Shown one piece after another: positions 9,501 to 17,844 of a DNA stretch of 64,000 bases. The DNA lies in the NCBI GenBank assembly GCA_000002435.2, contig CM018791.1. One strand, written 5' to 3'. This DNA comes from Giardia intestinalis (lineage: Eukaryota). Numbering within the stretch: position 1 is the stretch's first letter; each line of letters opens with the position of its first letter. A program made the translations under genes and the position numbers. Below the pieces are notes generated by a model. The model was not told the origin of the DNA. It did not search any database and was given only the letters and a program-made list of their open reading frames with translations.

Positions 9501-10236
9501 GGTGTCGGATGAGCAAGAGCGCTCCTGGCTTGTTTCTTACATTGCTACAAAGTCCCAGCAGATGGGCGAAACTCCCCCAATTAGCCAACGTGTAATTGAT
9601 CAGTACGACAGAGCAGTCAGAGAGAAGGATCAACTCGAGAAGCAACTGGCTGATGTTGTTGAAGGGGAGCACGCTGTAGAAGATCTGGTGATGAAGCTGG
9701 ATGTTAGGCGAAAGGTGCACTTCGAGGAGCAATTCAAATTGGTTGATGCACGGTTTTCAGAGATCTTTCATAGAATCACGGGAGGCAAGGCTCGTCTCAC
9801 CTTGTCCACGCATGGAGATGAAGAGCCCGATGGAATCTTAGTGGACGCTACCTTTGCCAACCAGGCAACAAAAGATGTTCAAATGTCCGGTGGTCAGCGA
9901 ACGTTGACCAGTCTTTGCTTTGTTCTAGCCACAGAGCAAGCATCCAATAATTCCTTCCTTCTTCTGGATGAGCCAGACGCGTGCCTCGATGAGGCCTACA
10001 GAGCTGTGTTTGCCAGCCTCCTGGCAGAGCGTGCTGCACAAGGAATCCAGGTGTTTGTGATAACCTTCAGGACGGAGATTATTACGGTAGCAAACCAGTG
10101 TTTTGCAGTCAGCAGGGTGGAAGATCACACAACAATAGAGCCTGTTGCCAGCGCATATGCTTTGAGCGTAGCAGCAGACGCTACAACAGTTGGGCTATTT
10201 GCAGAGGGAGGGCACGATAAGCTCGCCGCTGTTTAA
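6541..10236 (+). CDS. SMC (structural maintenance of chromosomes) ATPase; the N-terminus is most similar to SMC3.
   Basis: N-terminal MYLSGVEIKNFRSI...GINGAGKSNFYSAILFAL (Walker A). A central hinge (GFRGFLAEHINAAVGSYPALESAIG...SLLVEKRETATEIMRHIRQ) is flanked by long coiled coils. C-terminal signature MSGGQRTLTSLCFVLAT and Walker B LLLDEPDACLD. The ORF track starts at a GTG (6421); in-frame ATGs are at 6511 and 6541. I chose 6541 because it is preceded by AT-rich sequence and gives the canonical SMC N-terminus. Confidence 0.85.
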   Translation: MYLSGVEIKNFRSIVHTSVTGLHPGINVFIGINGAGKSNFYSAILFALMDPLYDLKTINRAQILSNDAKTKSGYVKLIIDLEGAAVGDFQGRVSISRHFTITTDSFYLNDVLVTSDKVANFLSIMGFNPSSQGYTFAVQQSKVTSLAMSAPKALLDAFNSSTGTWEYDTRKQDALEKLKAAREEREEAQQIYMQLKGRCSRLTERMNKNKEYLKLMAERRAAEHALATLTYDALQEQRARLETQKEALIEDCKAKRTQIDAIRAEINVLTNELTPLQLQEDKALAAERAVNDHVYYLVDSCQYLSSFCTAKSQRSQEQEDSATIRRRSAQDALEEAILRERSLLDELATLRNAQYSLSSFIRKQKIMLEGQEANKRESLIKELEDILRNLINAEAEHAAIKSLQEEVKQELECISKKLNVCKMRETEINASELLQRYTEFSEKKQRLNVDLSMKVKSLNEAENKVVHEEYQLSQLTREFLDLAPANLAAGANLCLSAIREAKISGFRGFLAEHINAAVGSYPALESAIGSTGLYSLLVEKRETATEIMRHIRQRTSSSPLSGKANFIVLDAVSPPCLQEINSNCVPLASLVSTVDDTRPAILQALGTSYLTRSLEDAAKYSSEHNIDCYTVTGDVIQGSGVAIGGHRSFKRIKCGVALGISREALLGASLTKGRVSTEIEEIKQELRNVGAEITKLEPIVSPLQEELSGIRAEILPLSGELTKLQKTETKLHADEQELCARINTLSQMKQSMEDSVSSLTAGNKLNPAKVKLLRQELANNEANEKEIEKKIDTIQALVNKAAVDRMKAEAKMQSIDASGTQIELGIKERGDVDAQMMSLLTGLEQANLEALEFPSDRDGLAPFVENLRTLSEKLKDAISNKEELDAVARLSAKFLSALTELSDSTKVTVANCKETTSRQRQKIVNKEAEIEDLNRQLETIAMGFEALDLENNDALQHYKKAEIALREIAAPTADEMEALQREKAAAKVSDEQERSWLVSYIATKSQQMGETPPISQRVIDQYDRAVREKDQLEKQLADVVEGEHAVEDLVMKLDVRRKVHFEEQFKLVDARFSEIFHRITGGKARLTLSTHGDEEPDGILVDATFANQATKDVQMSGGQRTLTSLCFVLATEQASNNSFLLLDEPDACLDEAYRAVFASLLAERAAQGIQVFVITFRTEIITVANQCFAVSRVEDHTTIEPVASAYALSVAADATTVGLFAEGGHDKLAAV

Positions 10237-10319
10237 AGGGGAAATTTGATGTTCGTTGTAAACACCCATAAGAATTGTGTGCGGGAATGATACGGAAAAA
10301 TATAACATTACTCTAAAAA

Positions 10320-13148
10320 ATGCTGGATATGCTATGCTGCCTAGCCCTCCTGAACCTGGCTCTGGCGGTCCCCCAGGAGTGCATGTTTGGCGGGGAGGAG
10401 TGTGGTGGACATGGGAGGTGCCATGTAAGTACTGATGGCACTCCGAGCTATTGTGTCTGCGATAGCGACTACACCCTCTCTCCCACCATGGGCTGTGTCG
10501 TAACAGCTTGTTACAGTGAGGTCCTCGACGTAATGTGCAACAACGGGGAGTGCCAGCAGGTCGACGGCGTTTACAAGTGCGTCTGCCCTTCAGATCTTAT
10601 CTATGTAGGGGGCCAGTGCACAACGATGGACTGTATTTCTAAAGAGGACGACGGGAGATTCACCGTCTGCTCTAACAACGGATACTGTGGGTACGGCTTC
10701 TTTGGTGATTCTAAGTGCATGTGCCTGCCTGAGTATGATGACGACGGACTTTGCAAGACGTGTAACACAACCAATGCGGACCTGATCGACGGTAAGTGTG
10801 TTAGCAAGAAATGCTTAACAGGGCCTCCTGGCGAGGCAACTCAGCTCTGTGGCGGGTGCGGAGCGTGCGTGAGGACGGGTGCAGGCTACAATCTTGCCTA
10901 CACGTGCGCATGCTCGGGTACAGATGGCTGTAAGGAAGTGTCCGCTGGAGTGTGCGGCATTGATGCCTGCATTTCAGACAATCAGTTGGGAGTCGTGTGC
11001 AATGACGCCGGAGTTTGCGATAAGAACGGCTGTCACTGCAATGCAGGGTACTCGGGCCCAACTTGTCTGGTCAACGAGAATGATCCTAACGCGTGCCAGT
11101 CGCAGTATACGCGGATCAATGGAGAGTGTGTGCCGAAGATCTGCGTGCCGGCCATACCTGGCGACAACGTTTGTGGAGGTCCTGAAGCTGGTACCTGCCT
11201 CTTCAATAAAGATATCAAGAACTTCTTTTGCTACTGCTCCGATGGCTATATTAATGCTCTCGATAACAGGATCGACTTTAATTATCAATGTGTGCCATTT
11301 GGTTGCCTAGATGGCCTTGGCGTTTGCTACGAGGGTAAGTGTCTTCCGGGTCAAGGGCCCTATCCATGCATCTGTGACCCAGGCTTCCACAACGACCCTA
11401 GGTCTGGCTTCTGTGGATCCGACATCTGCCTAACGGGCGGACCGGACAACCCCGACGAGGCTTGCAGTGGCCATGGCCAGTGCATGTACTACGGGTGCTG
11501 GTGTGATCCAGGCTACGGTGGTGATACCTGCAATGAGGATGCGCCGGTTTACTGCTATGAAGGCCAGATTGCAGTCGGCAAGGAATGCGTCTTTACAGAT
11601 TGCGTGAGCTACACACCTGAAATGGGCGTTTGCGGAGGCTTCGGGACGTGCGTGCAGTTCACTGGATTCTACGGTTCGAGTGATTTTTACGAATGCCAAT
11701 GTGACCCAGGTACGATTTACGACCGCGACTATCTCTGTCTGCCATCTGTCTGTCTTACAAGTGACGGCCAGGTCTGCCCACACGGATCGTGCCAGAAGGT
11801 GGATGGAGAGGCGACTTGCGTTTGCAACAACGGATACAAGAGCATTAACAATGCTTGCTTCCCTCTTTCGTGTCTTGTGACCATCGACGGAGAGGAGCTT
11901 GTTTGTGCAAACAACGGTGAGTGTGACCTTGACTCAGGAATTTGCAACTGCAATGAACTTTTCCACGGCGAGCACTGCGATGTCCCCAAGGACCACGAGA
12001 TCGTTTGCAATTCTGACGAAACCTTGATTGGCGAGCGGTGTGTTTCTGACTACTGCATATTCGATGGCGTAGAATGCAACAACCACGGGCGCTGTGATAA
12101 GACATTCAGCGACGGGCCCAGGTGCGCTTGTGACTTGCTGTATATACTCTCCGCCCAGTATGGTTGCGTTCCTCTGAACTGTTACGATCAAGACACGGAT
12201 TCCGTTTGCCCCGATGGCCGGTGCGTGGGTGAGGGCAAAGATATTCATTGTGAGTGTAACCCGGACTTTACCCTCATTAATTCTGTCTGTGTTCACAGCA
12301 ACTGTCTAGCAGATGATACGATTTGCTCAGGAAACGGCTACTGCGCGCAGAGTGTGTCTGGGGAGTACAAATGCCAGTGTGACTATCTTCATAGTGGTAG
12401 TCTCTGTAATGCGTGTTCGTCTGACGCGGTCCTTATAGATGGCTTGTGTGCCAGTGACAGCTGCATCACAGTAGATGCTTCTGGGAAGAAAACTGTTTGC
12501 TCTGGAATGGGTGTCTGTAAGAAGGATTCTTCTATCAGTAGCGCCTATTGTTCCTGCAGAGCTCCTTTTGCACTCGTCTCCGGAAAGTGTGTCTCTGCTG
12601 ATTGCTATGCTGGAGAGCCCATTGGTGCTCCCTGCAACGGCCGGGGCTACTGTGGCTTGAGCACTTTCTGCACAGATCCATCGACCTGTAACACGGGGCA
12701 ATGCTTCTGTAATGAGGAATACGAGGGCAGTCTTTGCGAGAGCTGCTCCTTCAACTATATCGACGTGCCAACCTACGGGTGTGTCGCCAGGGCATGTTAC
12801 AAGGATGGCTTGGTATGCAGCTCTGCCGGAGACTGCATTGATGGCCAGTGTCAGTGCGCGAGCGGCTATACTGCTTCCGGAGCCGAGTGTTTGATGCCTT
12901 CAGCCACAAAGAACGGAGTCCTGATTGGAACTAGCGTGGGCGGTGTCGTCTTACTCATAGCAATCATTGTCGGTGTATTCTTCTGCGTCAAGAAAGCGCG
13001 GAAAGGAAAGGCTCCTGAAGGGCGCGCAGGAAAGAAGACAAGAGCACTGCTGTCTGACGGTGACGACGAGGATGAGGACCTTTTGGTTCCTTCGGAGTCT
13101 GAGTCCGGGTCTGCCTCCGCTGCAACAGGCACAGATGAGATTCCTTAA
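10320..13148 (+). CDS. High-cysteine membrane protein (HCMP), EGF-like group, type I membrane topology.
   Basis: Signal peptide MLDMLCCLALLNLALAV. About 940 aa of repeated CxxC, GxC and EGF-like Cys spacings. One C-terminal TM (VLIGTSVGGVVLLIAIIVGVFFCV). A ~55-aa cytoplasmic tail lacks the VSP CRGKA terminus and contains the acidic dileucine DDEDEDLLVP. Confidence 0.85.
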   Translation: MLDMLCCLALLNLALAVPQECMFGGEECGGHGRCHVSTDGTPSYCVCDSDYTLSPTMGCVVTACYSEVLDVMCNNGECQQVDGVYKCVCPSDLIYVGGQCTTMDCISKEDDGRFTVCSNNGYCGYGFFGDSKCMCLPEYDDDGLCKTCNTTNADLIDGKCVSKKCLTGPPGEATQLCGGCGACVRTGAGYNLAYTCACSGTDGCKEVSAGVCGIDACISDNQLGVVCNDAGVCDKNGCHCNAGYSGPTCLVNENDPNACQSQYTRINGECVPKICVPAIPGDNVCGGPEAGTCLFNKDIKNFFCYCSDGYINALDNRIDFNYQCVPFGCLDGLGVCYEGKCLPGQGPYPCICDPGFHNDPRSGFCGSDICLTGGPDNPDEACSGHGQCMYYGCWCDPGYGGDTCNEDAPVYCYEGQIAVGKECVFTDCVSYTPEMGVCGGFGTCVQFTGFYGSSDFYECQCDPGTIYDRDYLCLPSVCLTSDGQVCPHGSCQKVDGEATCVCNNGYKSINNACFPLSCLVTIDGEELVCANNGECDLDSGICNCNELFHGEHCDVPKDHEIVCNSDETLIGERCVSDYCIFDGVECNNHGRCDKTFSDGPRCACDLLYILSAQYGCVPLNCYDQDTDSVCPDGRCVGEGKDIHCECNPDFTLINSVCVHSNCLADDTICSGNGYCAQSVSGEYKCQCDYLHSGSLCNACSSDAVLIDGLCASDSCITVDASGKKTVCSGMGVCKKDSSISSAYCSCRAPFALVSGKCVSADCYAGEPIGAPCNGRGYCGLSTFCTDPSTCNTGQCFCNEEYEGSLCESCSFNYIDVPTYGCVARACYKDGLVCSSAGDCIDGQCQCASGYTASGAECLMPSATKNGVLIGTSVGGVVLLIAIIVGVFFCVKKARKGKAPEGRAGKKTRALLSDGDDEDEDLLVPSESESGSASAATGTDEIP

Positions 13149-13175
13149 GTTAACGAGTGTAAATCCAACTTTTCC

Positions 13176-15311
13176 TCAGTGCCGTTTGCTTCGAGCACTG
13201 GACGGTTTTGTGGGGGCGAGCGATCTTACGTGGGGCTGGTGGTGGATCTGCTGGTGCTCACTATCCTTGCGCGAAGGCTTACTAGGTATTTCCAGAGCCT
13301 CAGAATTGCGAGAGACAGGCAATTCATACTTTCGCTTCGCAGTAAGCTGCGGCTGCAGGGCTGTCTGCATCTTAACTGTGTTCTGGGACTCTCGACCCGG
13401 AGAAGGAAGATTGCCTGAGGGCTCAACAAATTCAGTTATGGACTCTGACTCTGCATAGCGGATGCGTAGAACTGGCTTTGCGGAGAGCAGCGTTAGGAAG
13501 AGATGATACGCAACAGATGAGGTTCCGACGGCTCTGATGTCAAGTAGCACTGTTTTGCGCAACAACCGATTCAGAACCGGAGAAAGGGCGGCGTCTCTGG
13601 CATTTAGTTCAATGTAGCCTTTGTGAAGCAGAGATATCTCCTTCGGAGCCATATTCAGCATCCCGTTTATATAAAGCCCTGCCGGTAGAATACAGGTAGG
13701 TGATATGGGTCCTCTCTCGCTGTTGTTCCGGCGTGTCTCTTGTTCGCAGAGCATGTGATCTAGGATCTCGTTGCTTGAACCTACGAGCTCGAGTAGTGCC
13801 CGCTTGAGCCTTGATGATCTAACTATCTCTTTCTTAAGAATAGACTCTAATCTACTATTGCGATGCTCTGCCAATCGCGTTTGTTCTTCCTGGACCTCCA
13901 GTTTCTTTTCTACATCTCGTAGTTTTGCTTCCAAGGCCCTTGCTTCCTTTTCAAATGCTAAAGCTTTTGTGCTGCTCTCTACCGAATGCTTACCTTGATA
14001 GCAAACAGTGTCCAGTTCTTCCCTACTAAGCATGCCATCTTTAAGCGTCACATCAAAGGCGTCAGCCGGGCCTCCATTTTCCAGAAAGACAAGGCAGTGG
14101 CGGCCCAAGGTGGCGCCAATAAGCTCGTAATCGTCGGCGTCTATATGCCGTATAGCTCGCTTGAGCAACCTGGTAAATGAGAGACTTTCTTTGAGCCAGA
14201 AGCAAAGCGCTACGGTAGTGATATCTTGTTGGTACCCTTGGGGTGATGCGTCAGTCGATACAGACACTACCGAGTATTGTATTGTCGCCAGTGCCAACAG
14301 AAACCTTGTTATATGTGCAGCCACTTCCGGTTTACCATGAGCGATCCCACAGTCGATCAAGGCATCCAGATTTAGTGCACCGCAGCGTTTGGTACTGACA
14401 AGAAGCCGCTGAGCAGCACACGAAATTGCCACGGCATCCTCATATGGAAGAGTTGTGAATACCGATGCACTGACCTGGATTGTCACGGCTCCCGCTGTAG
14501 TTGCGTAATTTCTTTGAGGGTCAAATAGGACCGACCGTGGCCCTATTGGTATGTTATAGCAGCCACCGCCGCGAGAAAATGTGTGTATACATTCGTATGT
14601 CCTGCTTTTCTCGGGACATTGATTGATGACCGTGATGCTGAACTTTACTGAGAGAGGGCTTAACTGTGCAGTGTAGTTGGGTAAGCACCCTTTATGGACG
14701 AACATGAGGCCCATGAACGCCGTTTGTGTTCTATGCCGAGGAACTAAAACCACTTCAATGCTGCTGGTGAACCGAGTTAGGCATAGGGTCTTGCGCTCGA
14801 TTTCAGAGGATGGTCCCATGGACAGCACACGCTTATCGCAAACCAGTACAAACTCTCCGCAAAAGAAGGGACCACAAAGTGCCTCTCCCAGGTATTTGTC
14901 CCATTGATGTGAAATTTCTCCAGTCCTCTCAGAGCTTGGCGGAACGGGATGTTGCTGGCAGATGTCATAGCTCTTAGCGTCAGAGACCTGAGCCTGTCGA
15001 TATCCACGTGCAACTTTATTTAGAGCCGAGTTCAAATACGGTCTGGATACAACCAATGTGTGGCAGACAAAGCACCGCATATATCTATTCTGGGTGATCT
15101 CGCGCTCGTAGCACCACTGGCATACATTGTGGGAGCAGCTGAGACAATATGCCACTTCATAAACCATGCCGCAGCCAGGGCAAAGAAGAGCTCGAGGAAT
15201 TTCCTGAATTGGAAGAATGGCCTTCAACGCCGTTGTCTTCAGAAGATCGGAGTCTGTCGATTGGCCGTCTGACTCGTTAATCCCGCCTGTCGAAAGAGCA
15301 TATGCATTCAT
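13176..15311 (-). CDS. RING-finger (C3HC4) protein with a B-box-like Cys/His cluster and a coiled-coil (TRIM/RBCC-like architecture); putative E3 ubiquitin ligase.
   Basis: CPGC-x11-C-x-H-x2-C-x2-C-x13-C-x2-C fits the RING-HC spacing. It is followed by CQQHP...CGPFFCGEFVLVC and a predicted coiled-coil (ALEAKLRDVEKKLEVQEEQTRLAEHRNSRLESILKK). Confidence 0.7.
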   Translation of the reverse strand: MNAYALSTGGINESDGQSTDSDLLKTTALKAILPIQEIPRALLCPGCGMVYEVAYCLSCSHNVCQWCYEREITQNRYMRCFVCHTLVVSRPYLNSALNKVARGYRQAQVSDAKSYDICQQHPVPPSSERTGEISHQWDKYLGEALCGPFFCGEFVLVCDKRVLSMGPSSEIERKTLCLTRFTSSIEVVLVPRHRTQTAFMGLMFVHKGCLPNYTAQLSPLSVKFSITVINQCPEKSRTYECIHTFSRGGGCYNIPIGPRSVLFDPQRNYATTAGAVTIQVSASVFTTLPYEDAVAISCAAQRLLVSTKRCGALNLDALIDCGIAHGKPEVAAHITRFLLALATIQYSVVSVSTDASPQGYQQDITTVALCFWLKESLSFTRLLKRAIRHIDADDYELIGATLGRHCLVFLENGGPADAFDVTLKDGMLSREELDTVCYQGKHSVESSTKALAFEKEARALEAKLRDVEKKLEVQEEQTRLAEHRNSRLESILKKEIVRSSRLKRALLELVGSSNEILDHMLCEQETRRNNSERGPISPTCILPAGLYINGMLNMAPKEISLLHKGYIELNARDAALSPVLNRLLRKTVLLDIRAVGTSSVAYHLFLTLLSAKPVLRIRYAESESITEFVEPSGNLPSPGRESQNTVKMQTALQPQLTAKRKYELPVSRNSEALEIPSKPSRKDSEHQQIHHQPHVRSLAPTKPSSARSKRH

Positions 15312-15357
15312 GGAGTAACCAAGAGTTATAATGCCACGGTTTACTGTATGCTGTTGA

Positions 15358-17700
15358 CTACTTCAACTGTTCCCGTAAAGAGTCGGGAGAAATAGGCCCA
15401 TACTCTGTTATGATACAACTGATTAGCTTGGTATCGACGGTGTCGTACAGTGGTTTAATTATCTGTATCTTGTCTGTCTGACCCAGTGTGAAGGTGCCCG
15501 TGTCTTGTAAGACATTGTTTGACAGAGCATTTATGTAAATCTGATCGGTGACTTTATAGGTCTCACACCCAACGATGAGAGGTATTCTGTAGAACTTTGC
15601 AATATTGGCTATAAGGGACGCGCCAGCACGACCTTGAATGCTCCCGTTGAGGCTCACACTATGTGCTCCCATGATCACCTTTGTTGCGTGCTTGATGAAC
15701 AACGGTAAGGACGTCAGCAGCCCATAGAAGCAGGGGATCCCGGCCTGCGAAAGTTTCTTGATAATGTCCAAGCCACACTGACACTCCGAAGCATCAATGC
15801 AGATGACCTCAAAGCACGCTTTACTATCCGTCTCTGCCTGGAGACGGAGGTGCGCCAATATCAGGGCCTTAAGTACTATGCGTGACTTACCAAAGACTAT
15901 CACGCAATCGTTCTGCTTTATCCGTCTGCTGAGCTCAACATAGATGTCATTGGATGCCTTGACAATCCTCTCATTGTACAGAAGCTTCACAAAGTCGAGC
16001 ATGTTATGTATAACTCCCTCTGCAGACGTAAGCGCTGCGCCACACAGGTCTGGAGTCTTCTGGGCAATATCATCCATTCCGTTTCTGCCTTCTTCAAAAA
16101 GGTATGTTGCAGGATCATCGTTGGGTGCAGTGGCTTTAGCCTTTCTTGGGTTCAGTTGATTGCCCATCTTGTTACCAGTATCATCACCGCTCATGTCCAT
16201 CGGAGGGCTCGTAATCATTTGTGGCTCTACCACGCGACCAGGAAGTCCCGGAATTGAACAGATTTTAGTGAGTGTTATGACGTCGGATGTACCCTTCTGT
16301 ATTGGCGGGCTATCAGGTAGCAGGAGGCTTGCGGTGTTAATCATAGTGCTAGTAGTAGTATTATGGCTACCATAGACTTGACCCTCCACGTTCTCTACTG
16401 ACTCGCTGGTTGCTTCTGTGTGAGAAATAGCAACTGTCTTAAGTACGTCTACAGAAGAGCACTTATCGTTTTCCCTTTCTCTCTCCTTTTCTCTCTCTTT
16501 CTCTTTCTCTTTACATTTGTCAGACAAGTCCGTCGGTTCATTGAATAAATTAAAGTTTGAGCTGGTTTGATCTGTGCAGCTCTTCTCAGAGGTACAGCAA
16601 CCGGGGATGCTCGTTATTTTCTTAAGGAAAAGCTGCCTATCCGGTCTGTCGCACGACTCATTCCATTCGTCGGCCTTGACAATGGATCGAGGCATAGAGT
16701 AGAGGGTCTGAGCCATGTTTGTGGTGCTATACCGGATGCTGGGAGTGAGCGGTGTGTATAGAGCCTGGTCTATGTTGTTGTGGCTAAGTCTCGAAATTAC
16801 ATCCATCGTGCTTGTGGGCCCAATGGTTAAGTTACTAGCAAAGCTATTAGAGATCGGGGGTGTAATATTGTGTGCATCGCTTTCAACCAGGCTTGTGCTG
16901 TCCTTGTACATTAAACTAATTTGATCTTCAAGGTAGTCGCAGTGCTCCATCACACTCTGAACAATGAACTGAATGGTCGTAGGAACAGAAGGATAGAACG
17001 CGCTCACTATAGTGACAAGCATCGTCAGATTGCCACGCAGCTGAGAGAGGACGCCACCAAGTGAGATTGGAACCGCAGACCCAATAACAGAGCCTTGGTG
17101 AGAAGCTATCTCTGGATGCAGCTCATGCACACCTGATGTATTAAGGGGCGTCTGATGGTTGGATGAAAAAGTATAATTCGCAAAAAGAGCCTCCAGTTGA
17201 CTCTCATATGCCCGCAAAAAGGCAACAGCACGTGCTGTGGCAGACTCGCGGATGTCGCTGATGTTATCTATGTAACAGCGAGCATCTGTTGATAGTATGT
17301 TGAGAGGTTGCTTTATAGCGTGTTCAAACCTGGCTATCTGATCGGATGAGAGGGACTCCACGCTGCTGGTGTGTTTACCTTTCTGATCACTGAAGTTAAT
17401 ACTGGGATGGCGATGCTGTCCAAACGATGCATAAAAGTCGTCGTCTGCTTGTCCAGATATGTAGAGGGGAGAAAACTTACGATACAAAGACATATTGACT
17501 GCTCCACTATCTCGTGCATCTCGCGAAGAGTCATCAATGTCCAAGTGCAAAGGGTTTTCACACTTGCTGGGGTACTTCATCAAATGTTTTTTGAAACGAG
17601 ATGCCTCTGTCTGTGGCAAAACAAACGTCTCATCCAGCAAAATACTCGAACAGTGCATGATGTATGGACGGTCAGTATTTACTAGAGCGAATAGAATCAT
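15358..17700 (-). CDS. Translation initiation factor eIF2B subunit (IF-2B family, delta/beta-like) with a long low-complexity N-terminal extension.
   Basis: The C-terminal ~300 aa (VIVFGKSRIVLKALILAHL...GIPCFYGLLTSLPLFIKHATKVIMGAHSVSLNGSIQGRAGASLIANIAKFYRIPLIVGCETYKV) aligns with the IF-2B domain of eIF2B delta. Confidence 0.7.
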   Translation of the reverse strand: MILFALVNTDRPYIMHCSSILLDETFVLPQTEASRFKKHLMKYPSKCENPLHLDIDDSSRDARDSGAVNMSLYRKFSPLYISGQADDDFYASFGQHRHPSINFSDQKGKHTSSVESLSSDQIARFEHAIKQPLNILSTDARCYIDNISDIRESATARAVAFLRAYESQLEALFANYTFSSNHQTPLNTSGVHELHPEIASHQGSVIGSAVPISLGGVLSQLRGNLTMLVTIVSAFYPSVPTTIQFIVQSVMEHCDYLEDQISLMYKDSTSLVESDAHNITPPISNSFASNLTIGPTSTMDVISRLSHNNIDQALYTPLTPSIRYSTTNMAQTLYSMPRSIVKADEWNESCDRPDRQLFLKKITSIPGCCTSEKSCTDQTSSNFNLFNEPTDLSDKCKEKEKEREKERERENDKCSSVDVLKTVAISHTEATSESVENVEGQVYGSHNTTTSTMINTASLLLPDSPPIQKGTSDVITLTKICSIPGLPGRVVEPQMITSPPMDMSGDDTGNKMGNQLNPRKAKATAPNDDPATYLFEEGRNGMDDIAQKTPDLCGAALTSAEGVIHNMLDFVKLLYNERIVKASNDIYVELSRRIKQNDCVIVFGKSRIVLKALILAHLRLQAETDSKACFEVICIDASECQCGLDIIKKLSQAGIPCFYGLLTSLPLFIKHATKVIMGAHSVSLNGSIQGRAGASLIANIAKFYRIPLIVGCETYKVTDQIYINALSNNVLQDTGTFTLGQTDKIQIIKPLYDTVDTKLISCIITEYGPISPDSLREQLK

Positions 17701-17844
17701 GTGTTAAGCCAGCGATATGTCTCTTGAGCAGTCTTACAAAATGCTAATTACATGTCTGACCATGTTATTAAACATTTGAGTCTGAGGTACAAGCTTAGCG
17801 AGTCGTTAACAAAGGCTATTGTTAATGTACTGCGAGAAAAATAA

